From assembly GCF_009914755.1 (NCBI RefSeq), contig NC_060933.1: a stretch of DNA of 64,000 nucleotides; one strand, given 5' to 3'. Position numbers and translations under genes: made by a program. Numbering within the stretch: the first letter of the stretch is position 1; every line of letters starts with the position of its first letter. Origin of the DNA: the human T2T-CHM13v2.0 reference genome, Homo sapiens. Of the stretch, positions 53,801 through 64,000 are shown piece by piece. The notes beneath the pieces are model-generated. The model was given only the letters and a program-made list of their open reading frames with translations. It searched no databases and had not been told where the DNA came from.

Positions 53801-56800
53801 TATAAGGGAATGGAATGGAATGGAATGCAATGGAATGGAATCATCCGTAATGGAATGGAAAGGAATGGAATGGAATGGAATGGAATGGAATGGAATGGAA
53901 TCAACACGATTGCAATCGAATGGAATGGAATGGAATTAACCCGAATAGAATGGAATGGAATGGAATGGAACGGAACGGAATGGAATGGAATGGAATGGAA
54001 TGGAATGGAATGCAACGGAAAGGAAGGGAATGGAATGGAATAGAATGGAATGGAATGGAATCAACGCGAGTGCAGGGGAATGGAATGGAATGGAATGCAA
54101 TGGAATGGAATCTTCCGGAATGGAATGGAATGGAATGGAATGGAATGGAATGGAATCAACCCGAGTGCAATGGAATGGAGTGGAATGGAATGGAATGGAA
54201 TGGAACAACCCGAATGGAATGGAATGTAATGGAGAGTAAGGGAGTTGAATAGAATCAATCAGAATGTAATGGAATGGAATGAAACGGAATGGAATTGAAT
54301 GGAATGGAATGGAATGCAATGGAATGGAATCAACCCGAGTGCAATGGAATGGAGAGGAATGGAATGCAATGGAATGGAAACTACCCAAATGGAATGGAAT
54401 GTAATGGAGTGTAAGGGAATTGAATAGAATCAATCCGAATGTAATGGAATGGTATGGAACGGAATGGAACGGAATGGAATGGAATGGAATGGAATGGAAT
54501 GGAATGCAATGGAATGGAATCAACCCGAGTGCAATCGAATGGAATCGAATGGAATGGAATGCAATGGAATGGATTCAACTTGAATGGAATGGAAAGAATG
54601 GAATCAACACGAGTGGAATGGCATGGATTGGAATGGAATGGAATGGAATCAACCCGAGTACAGGGGAATGGAATGGAATGGAATGCAATGGAATGGAATC
54701 ATCCGTAAAGGAATGGAAAGGAATGGAATGGAATGGAATGGAATGGAATGGAATGGAATGGAATGGAATGGAATGGAATGGAATCAACTCGATTGCAATC
54801 GAATGGAATGGAATGGAATTAACCCGTATAGAATGGAATGGTACGGAACGGAATGGAATGGAATGGAATGGAATGGAATTGAATGGAATGGAATGGAACG
54901 GAATCAACGCGACTGCAGGGGAATGGAATGGAATGGAATGCAATGGAATGGAATCTTCCGGAATGGAATGGAATGGAATGGAATGGAATGAAATGCAATG
55001 GATTCAACTCGATTGCAATGGAATGGAATAGAATGGATTGGAATGGAATGGAATGGAATTAATTCGAATAGAATGGAATGGAATGGAATGGAACGGAATG
55101 GAACGGAATGGAATGGAATGGAATGGAATGGAATGGTATGGAATGCAATGGAATGGTACGGAATAGAATGGAATGGAAAGAATTGTAATGGAATGGAATT
55201 GAATGGAATGGAATGGAATGGAATGGAATCAACGCGAGTGCAGGGGAATGTAATGGAACGGAATGCAATGGAATGGAATCATCCGGAATGGAATGGAATG
55301 GAATGGAATGGAATGGAATGGAATGGAGTGGAATCAACCCGAGAGCAATGGAATGGAGTGGAATGGAATGGAATGGAATGGAACAACCCGAATGGAATGG
55401 AATGTAATGGAGAGTAAGGGAGTTGAATAGAATCAATCCGAATGTAATGGAATGGAATGCAACGGAATGGAATGGAATGGAATGCAATGGAATTGAATCA
55501 ACCCGAGTACAATGGAATGGAATGGAATGGAATGGAATGGAATGGAATGGATTGGAATGGAATGATACGGAATAGAATGGAATGGAACGAAATGGAATGG
55601 AATGGAATGGAATGGAATGGAATGGAATGGAATGAAATGGAATGGAATGGAATGGAATGAAATGGAATGGAATGGAATGGAATCGTTCCGAGTGGAATAG
55701 GAGGGAATGTATTCGAGTGGAATGGAAAGGAATGGTATCAACCAGAGTGGAATGGAAGGGAATGGAATGGAATGGAAACTAATAGAATGGAATCAACCCG
55801 AGTGGAATGGAATGGAAAGGACTGGAATGGAATGGAATGGAATGGAATCAACTCGATTGTAATGGAATGGAATGGCATGGAATGGAATGGAATTAACCCG
55901 AATACAATGGAATGGGATGGAATGGAACGGAATGGAGTGGAATGGAATGGAATCAACCCGAGTGCAGGAGAATGGAATGGAATGGAATGCAATGGAATGG
56001 AATCATCCGGAATGGAATGGAATGGAATGGAATGCAAAGCAATGGAATCAACTCGATTGCAATGGAATGGAATGGAATGGAAAGGAATACATTGGAATCA
56101 ACCCGAGTGGAATGGAATGGAAAGGACTGGAATGGAGTGGAATGGAATGGAATGGAATGGAATGGAATCAACTCGATTGGAATGGAATGGAATGGAATGG
56201 AATGGAATGGAATTAACCCCAATAGAATGGAATGGAATGGAATGGAACGGAACGGAATGGAATGGAATGGAATTGAATGGAATGGAATAAACCCGAGTGC
56301 AATGGAATGGAGTGGAATGGAATGGAATGGAATGGAACAACCCGAATGGAATGGAATGTAATGGAGAGTAAGGGAGTTGAATAGAATCAATCCGAATGTA
56401 ATGGAATGGAATGGAACGGAATGGAATTGAATGGAATGGAATGGAATGGAATCAACCCGAGTGCAATGGAATGGAGAGGAATGGAATGGAATGGAATGGA
56501 AACTACCCTAATGGAATGGAATGTAATGGAGTGTAAGGGAATTGAATAGAATCAATCCGAATGTAATGGAATGGAATGGAATGGAATGGAATGGAATGGA
56601 ATGGAATGGAATGGAATGCAATGGAATGGAATCAACCCGAGTGCAATCGAATGGAATCGAATGGAATGGAATGCAATGGAATGGATTCAACTTGAATGGA
56701 ATGGAAAGAATGGAATCAACACGAGTGGAATGGCATGGATTGGAATGGAATGGAATGGAATCAACCCGAGTACAGGGGAATGGAATGGAATGGAATGCAA

Positions 56801-59042
56801 TGGAATGGAATCATCCGTAATGGAATGGAAAGGAATGGAATGGAATGGAATGGAATGGAATGGAATGGAATGGAATCAACTCGATTGCAATCGAATGGAA
56901 TGGAATGGAATTAACCCGAATAGAATGGAATGGAATGGAATGGAACGCAACGGAATGGAATGGAATGGAACGGAATGGAATGGAACGGAACAGAACGGAA
57001 TGGATGGAATGGAATGGAATGGAATGGAATGGAATCAACGCGAGTGCAGGGGAATGGAATGGAATGGAATGCAATGGAATGGAATCTTCCGGAATGGAAT
57101 GGAATGGAATGGAATGGAATGGAATGGAATGAAATGCAATGGATTCAACTCGATTGCAATGGAATGGAATAGAATGGAATGGAATGGAATGGAATGGAAT
57201 GGAATTAACCCGAATAGAATGGAATGGAATGGAATGGAACGGAATGGAACGGAATGCAATGGAATGGAATGGAATGGAATGGTATGGAATGGAATGGAAT
57301 GGTACGGAATAGAATGGAATGGAACGAATTGTAATGGAATGGAATTGAATGGAATGAAATGGAATGGAATGGAATGGAATGGAATCAACGCGAGTGCAGG
57401 GGAATGTAATGGAACGAAATGCAATGGAATGGAATCATGCGGAATGGAATGGAATGGAATGGAATGGAATGGAATGGAATCAACCCGAGTGCAATGGAAT
57501 GGAGTGGAATGGAATGGAATGGAATGGAACAACCCGAATGGAATGGAATGTAATGGAGAGTAAGGGAGTTGAATAGAATCAATCCGAATGTAATGGAATG
57601 GAATTCAATGGAATGGAAAGGAATGGAATGGAATGGAAAGGAATGGAATGGAATGGAATGGAATGGAATGCCTTCAAACCGAATGTAATGGAAAGGAATG
57701 GAATCAACACGAGTGGAATGGAATGGAATGGAATGGAATCGAATGGAATGGAATAATATGGAATAGAATGGAATGGAACGAAATGGAATGGAACGAAATG
57801 GAATGGAATGGAATGGAATGGAATGGAATGGAATGATACGGAATAGAATGGAATGGAACGAAATGGAGTGGAATGGAATGGAATGGAATGAAATGGAATG
57901 GAATGGAATCGTTCCTAGTGGAATAGGAGGGAATGTATTCGAGTGGAATGGAAAGGAATGGTATCAACCAGAGTGGAATGGAAGGGAATGGAATGGAATG
58001 GAAACTAATAGAATGGAATCAACCCGAGTGGAATGGAATGGAAAGGACTGGAATGGAATGGAATGGAATGGAATCAACTCGATTGTAATGGAATGGAATG
58101 GAATGGAATGGAATGGAATGGAATGGAATTAACCCGAATACAATGGAATGGAATGGAATGGAATGGAATGGAATGGAGTGGAATGGAATGGAATCAACCC
58201 GAGTGCAGGGTAATGGAATGGAATGGAATGCAATGGAATGGAATCATCCGGAATGGAATGGAATGGAATGGAATGCAAAGCAATGGAATCAACTCGATTG
58301 CAATGGAATGGAATGGAATGGAAAGGAATACATTGGAATCAACCCGAGTGGAATGGAATGGAAAGGACTGGAATGGAGTGGAATGGAATGGAATGGAATG
58401 GAATGGAAACAACTCGATTGGAATGGAATGGAATGGAATGGAATGGAATTAACCCGAATAGAATGGAATTGAATGGAATGGAAAGGAACGGAATGGAATG
58501 GAATGGAATGGAATGGAATGGAATCAACCCGACTGCAGGGGAATGGAATGGAATGGAATGCAATGGAATGGATTCAACTTCAATGGAATGGAAAGAATGG
58601 AATCAACACGAGTGGAATGGCATGGATTGGAATGGAATGGAATGGAATTAACCCGAGTACAAGGGAATGGAATGGAATGGAATGCAATGGAATGGAATCA
58701 TCCGTAATGGAATGGAAAGGAATGGAATGGAATGGAATGGAATGGAATAGAATGGAATGGAATCAACTCGATTGCAATCGAATGGAATGGAATGGAATTA
58801 ACCCGAATAAAATGGAATGGAATCGAATGGAACGGAACGGAACGGAATGGAATGGATTGGAATGGAATGGAATGGAATGGAACGGAATGGAATGGAATGG
58901 AATGGAATGGAATGGAATGGAATCAACGCGAGTGCAGGGGAATGGAATGGAATGGAATGCAATGGAATGGAATCTTCCGGAATGGAATGGAATGGAATGG
59001 AATGGAATGGAATAAACCCGAGTACAATGGAATGGAGTGGAA
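50878..59042 (+). repeat. Full HOR copy (8165 bp)
   Basis: Markers at 51126 and 59291, with the landmark order preserved. Confidence 0.95.
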
Positions 59043-60440
59043 TGGAATGGAATGGAATGGAACAACCCGAATGGAATGGAATGTAATGGAGAGTAAGGGA
59101 GTTGAATAGAATCAATCCGAATGTAATGGAATGGAATGGAACGGAATGGAATTGAATGGAATGGAATGGAATGCAATGGAATGGAATCAACCCGAGAGCA
59201 ATGGAATGGAGAGGAATGGAATGGAATGGAATGGAAACTACCCGAATGGAATGGAATGTAATGGAGGGTAAGGGAATTGAATAGAATCAATCTGAATCTA
59301 ATGGAATGGAATGGAACGGAATGGAATGGAATGGAATGGAATGGAATGGAATGGAATGCAATGGAATGGAATGAACCCGAGTGCAATCGAATGGAATCGA
59401 ATGGAATGGAATGCAATGGAATGGATTCAACTTGAATGGAATGGAAAGAATGGAATCAACACGAGTGGAATGGCATGGATTGGAATGGAATGGAATGGAA
59501 TCAACCCGAGTACAGGGGAATGGAATGGAATGGAATGCAATGGAATGGAATCATCCGTAATGGAATGGAAAGGAATGGAATGGAATGGAATGGAATGGAA
59601 TGGAATGGAATGGAATCAACTCGATTGCAATCGAATGGAATGGAATGGAATTAACCCGAATAGAATGGAATGGAATGGAATGGAACGGAACGGAATGGAA
59701 TGGAATGGAATGGAAAGGAATGGAACGGAACGGAACGGAATGGATGAAATGGAATGGAATGGAATGGAATGGAATCAAAGCGAGTGCAAGGGAATGGAAT
59801 GGAATGGAATGCAATGGAATGGAATCTTCCGGAATGGAATGGAATGGAATGGAATGGAATGAAATGCAATGGATTCAACTCGATTGCAATGGAATGGAAT
59901 AGAATGGAATGGAATGGAATGGAACGGAATGGAATTAACCCGAATAGAATGGAATGGAATGGAATGGAACGGAATGGAACGGAATGGAATGGAATGGAAT
60001 GGAATGGAATGGTATGGAATGGAATGGAATGGTACGGAATAGAATGGAATGGAACGAATTGTAATGGAATGGAATTGAATGGAATGGAATGGAATGGAAT
60101 GGAATCAACGCGAGTGCAGGGGAATGTAATGGAACGGAATGCAATGGAATGGAATCATCCGGAATGGAATGGAATGGAATGGAATGGAATGGAATGGAAT
60201 CAACCCGAGTGCAATGGAATGGAGTGGAATGGAATGGAATGGAATGGAACAACCCGAATGGAATGGAATGTAATGGAGAGTAAGGGAGTTGAATATAATC
60301 AATCCGAATGTAATGGAATTGGATGCAACGGAATGGAAAGGAATGGAATGGAATGGAATGGAATGCAATGGAATGGAGTCAACCCGAGTACAATGGAATG
60401 GAATGGAATGGAATGGAATGGAATGGAATGGAATGGAATG
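59043..60440 (+). repeat. Terminal partial HOR copy (unit positions 1-~1410)
   Basis: Matches the HOR through GGAGTCAACCCGAGTACAAT and the following GGAAT run. It then continues with CCTTCAAACCG instead of TAACCCGAATAC. Confidence 0.9.
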
Positions 60441-63400
60441 CCTTCAAACCGAATGGAATGGAAAGGAATGGAATCAACACGAGTGGAATGGAATGGAATG
60501 GAATGGAATGGAATGGAATGATACGGAATAGAATGGAATGGAACGAAATGGAATGGAATGGAATGGAATGGAATGGAATGGAATGGAATGGAATGGAATT
60601 GTTCCGAGTGGAATAGGAGGGAATGTATTCGAGTGGAATGGAAAGGAATGGAATCAACCAGAGTGGAATGGAAGGGAATGGAATGGAATGGAAACTAATA
60701 GAATGGAATCAACACGAGTGGAATGGAATGGAATGGAATGGAATGGAATTAATCCGAATAGAATGGAATGGAATGGAATGGAACGGAATGGAAAGGAATG
60801 GAATGGAATGGAATCGAATGGAATGGAATGGAATGGAATGGAATCAACCCGAGTGCAGGGGTATGTAATGGAACGGAATGCAATGGAATGGAATCATCCG
60901 GAATGGAATGGAACGGAATGGAATGGAATCAACCCGAGTGCAATGGAATGTAATGGAGAGTAAGGGAGTTGAAAAGAATCAATCCGAATGTAATGGAATG
61001 GAATGGAACGGAATGGAATGGAATGGAATGTAATGGAATGGAATGCAATGGAATGGAATCAACCCGAGTACAATGGAATGGAATGGAATGGAATGGAATG
61101 GAATGGAATGGAATGGAATGGAATGCAATGGAATGGAATCTTCCGGAATGGAATGGAATGGAATGGATTGGAAAACAATGGATTCAACTCGATTGCAGTG
61201 GAATGGAATAGAATGGAATGGAATGGAAAGGAATGGAATTAAACCGAATAGAATGGAATGGAATGGAATGGAACGGAATGGAACGGAACGGTACGGAGTG
61301 GAATGGAATGGAATGGAATTGTATGGAATGGAATGGAATGGTACGGAATAGAATGGAATGGAAAGAATTGGAATGGAATGGAATCGAATGGAATGGAATG
61401 GAATGGAATGGAATCAACCCGAGTGCAGAGGAATGTAATGGAACCGAATGCAATGGAATGGAATCATCCGGAATGGAATGGAATGGAATGGAATGGAATG
61501 GAATGGAATGGAATGGAATGAAATGCAATGGATTCAACTCGATTGCAATGGAGTGGAATAGAATGGAATGGAATGGAATGGAATGGATTGGAATTAACCC
61601 GAATAGAATGGAATGGAATGGAATGGAACGGAATGGAAAGGAATGGAATGGAATGGAATGGAATGGAATGGAATGGAATGGTATTGAATGGAGTGGAATG
61701 GTACGGAATAGAATGGAATGGAACGAATTGTAATGGAATGGAATTGAATGGAATGGAATGGAATGGAATGGAATCAACGCGAGTGCAGGGGAAAGTAATG
61801 GAACGGAATGCAATGGAATGGAATCATCCGGAATGGAATGGAATGGAATGGAATGGAATGGAATGGAATCAACCCGAGTGCAATGGAATGGAGTGGAATG
61901 GAATGGAAAGGAATGGAACAACCCGAATGCAATGGAATGTAATGGAGAGTAAGGGAGTTGAATATAATCAATCCGAATGTAAAGGAATGGAATGCAACGG
62001 AATGGAAAGGAATGGAATGGAATGGAATGGAATGGAATGCAATGGAATGGAGTCAACCCGAGTACAATGGAATGGAATGGAATGGAATGGAATGGAATGG
62101 AATGGAATGGAATGCCTTCAAACCGAATGGAATATAAAGGAATGGAATCAACACGAGTGGAATGGAATGGAATGGAATGGAATGGAATGGAATGGAATGG
62201 AATGGAATGATACGGAATAGAATGGAATGGAACGAAATGGAATGGAATGGAATGGAATGGAATGGAATCGTTCCGAGTGGAATAGGAGGGAATGTATTCG
62301 AGTGGAATGGAAAGGAATGGAATCAACCAGAGTGGAATGGAAGGGAATGGAATGGAATGGAAACTAATACAGTGGAATCAACCCGAGTGGAATGGAATGG
62401 AATGGAATGGAATGGAATGGAATGGAATGGAATTAATCCGAATAGAATGGAATGGAATGGAATGGAACGGAATGGAAAGGAATGGAATGGAATGGAATGG
62501 ATTGGTATGGAATGGAATGGAATCAACGCGAGTGCAGGGGAATGTAATGGAATGGAATGGAATGGAATGGAATGGAATGGAATCAACCCGAGTGCAGGGG
62601 TATGTAATGGAACGGAATGCAATGGAATGGAATCATCCGGAATGGAATGGAATGGAATGGAATGGAATCAACCCGAGTGCAATGGAATGTAATGGAGAAT
62701 AAGGGAGTTGAAAAGAATCAATTCGAATGTAATGGAATGGAATGGAACGGAATGGAATGGAATGGAATGGAATGGAATGCAATGGAATGGAATCAACCCG
62801 AGTAAAATAGAATGGAATGGAATGGAATGGAAAGGAATGGAATGCAATGGAATGGAATCTTCCGGAATGGAATGGAATGGAATGGATTGGAAAGTAATGG
62901 ATTCAACTCGATTGCAATGGAATGGAATAGAATGGAATGGAATGGAATGGAATGGAATTAAACCGAATAGAATGGAATGGAATGGAATGGAACGGAATGG
63001 AACGGAACGGTACGGAGTGGAATGGAATGGAATGGAATTGTATGGAATGGAATGGAATGGTACGGAATAGAATGGAATGGAAAGAACTGGAATGGAATGG
63101 AATGGAATGGAATGGAATGGAATCAACCCGGGTGCAGAGGAATGTAATGGAACGGAATGCAATGGAATGGAATCATCCGGAATGGAATGGAATGGAATGG
63201 AATGGAATGGAATGGAATAAACCCGAGTGCAATGGAATGGAGTGGAATGGAATGGAATGGAATGGAACAACCCGAATGGAATGGAATGTAATGGAGAGTT
63301 AGGGAGTTGAATAGAATCAATCCGAATGTAATGGAATGGAACGGAATGGAATGGAATGGAATGGAATGGAATGGAATGGAATGGAATGCAATGGAATGGA

Positions 63401-64000
63401 ATCAAACCGAGTACAATGGAACGGAATGGAATGGAATGGAATGGAATGGAATGGAATGGAATGGAATGGAATGGAATCAACCCGAGTGAAATGGAAATGA
63501 TAGGAATGGAATGGAATGGAATGGAAACTACCCGAATGGAATGGAATGTAATGGAGCGTAAGGGAATTGAATACAATCAATCCGAATGTAATGGAATGGA
63601 ATGGAACGGAATGTAATGGAATGGAATGGAATGGAATCAACCCGATTGCAGGGGAATGGAATGGAAAAGAATGCAATGGAATGGAATCATCCGGAATGGA
63701 ATGGAATGGAATGCAATGGAATGGAATGGAATGGAATGGAATGGAATGGAATGGAATGGAACAACCCGAATGGAATGGAATGTAATGGAGAGTAAGGGAG
63801 TTGAAAAGAATCAATCCGAATGTAATGGAATGGAATGCAACGGAATGGAATGGAATGGAATGGAATGGAATGCAATGGAATGGAATCAACCCGAGTACAA
63901 TTAAATGGAATGGAATGGAATGGAATGGAATGGAATGGAATGGAATGCTTTCAAACCGAATGGAATGGAAAGGAATGGAATCAACACGAATGGAATGGAA
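60441..64000 (+). repeat. Diverged HSat3 tail with a loose ~1.7-1.8 kb period
   Basis: C(C/T)TTCAAACCG at 60441, 62115 and 63948. GTACGGAGTG at 61291 and 63010. GAAAAGAATC at 60971 and 62710. Confidence 0.8.

Larger units (their letters stand above)
1..64000 (+). repeat. Human Satellite 3 (HSat3 / SatIII) pericentromeric array, (GGAAT)n with interspersed CAACCCGAGT-type decamers
   Basis: GGAAT pentamers are on every line of the window, with recurrent CAACCCGAGT / TAACCCGAAT / CAACTCGATT / CAACGCGAGT. Long GGAAT runs plus this decamer are the established HSat3 signature, as opposed to the CATTCGATTC/GATGAT-rich HSat2. The G-rich strand is on + throughout. Confidence 0.98.

Noticed and set aside
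63481-63510. Off-pattern string GTGAAATGGAAATGATAGGAAT
   Set aside because: It is a local +1/-1 compensating change that restores the pentamer phase within about 10 bp. It occurs once and is too short to be a foreign insertion.
264-63904. Hundreds of ORFs on both strands (MEWNG / FHSIP repeats, up to 386 aa)
   Set aside because: (GGAAT)n has no stop codon in any frame and an ATG every 5 bp. The ORFs overlap in all frames, have no domain content, and change frame between HOR copies with 5 bp indels, so they are artefacts of the repeat.
1-64000. CRISPR-like appearance (recurrent CAACCCGAGT motif separated by variable-length stretches)
   Set aside because: The 'spacers' are GGAAT runs rather than unique sequence, the spacing is irregular, and there are no cas genes or leader.
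1-64000. HSat2, alpha satellite/CENP-B box, or telomeric repeat
   Set aside because: I found no GATGAT/CATCAT-rich HSat2 units, no 171 bp monomer and no TTAGGG tract. An isolated TTAGGG near 63299 is a point variant of GTAAGGG.
1-64000. Inversion breakpoints or G-quadruplex clusters
   Set aside because: No (ATTCC)n tract was seen on the + strand. G-runs of three or more are isolated (GCAGGGG, TAAGGG) rather than clustered in fours.
1-64000. Definite assignment to a chromosome or named HSat3 subfamily
   Set aside because: The resemblance to chr9-type SatIII is from recall only. CAACCCGAGT-containing HSat3 also occurs on other chromosomes and in great apes, so k-mer classification or BLAST is needed.

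Overview
The whole 64 kb window is one classical human-type Satellite 3 (HSat3/SatIII) array. It consists of diverged (GGAAT)n pentamers punctuated by the CAACCCGAGT decamer and its variants, with the purine-rich strand on + throughout. I saw no inversion, transposon or unique sequence. The motif content resembles, from recall, the chromosome 9q12-type SatIII (pHuR98-like, HSat3B group); this needs a BLAST check. All listed ORFs are by-products of a stop-free pentamer (MEWNG / FHSIP) and are not called as genes. The real information is architectural. (1) A near-identical ~8.17 kb higher-order unit occurs at 1-8175, 34563-42702, 42703-50877 and 50878-59042, plus partial copies, and is itself a 5.84 kb + 2.33 kb dimer. 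(2) A 12.3 kb older, more diverged block (10466-22778) interrupts one unit, and the unit resumes at exactly the base where it stopped. (3) A mosaic transition zone (22.8-28.6 kb) includes a unit lacking the 2.33 kb part. (4) There are nested 831, 100 and 50 bp tandem duplications. (5) The diverged tail has a ~1.7 kb period. One variant pentamer (CTTCC) creates a perfect three-unit heat-shock element five times per higher-order unit. All coordinates and comparisons were made by eye and from ORF-track offsets, not from alignments. I found no evidence for a new gene system.
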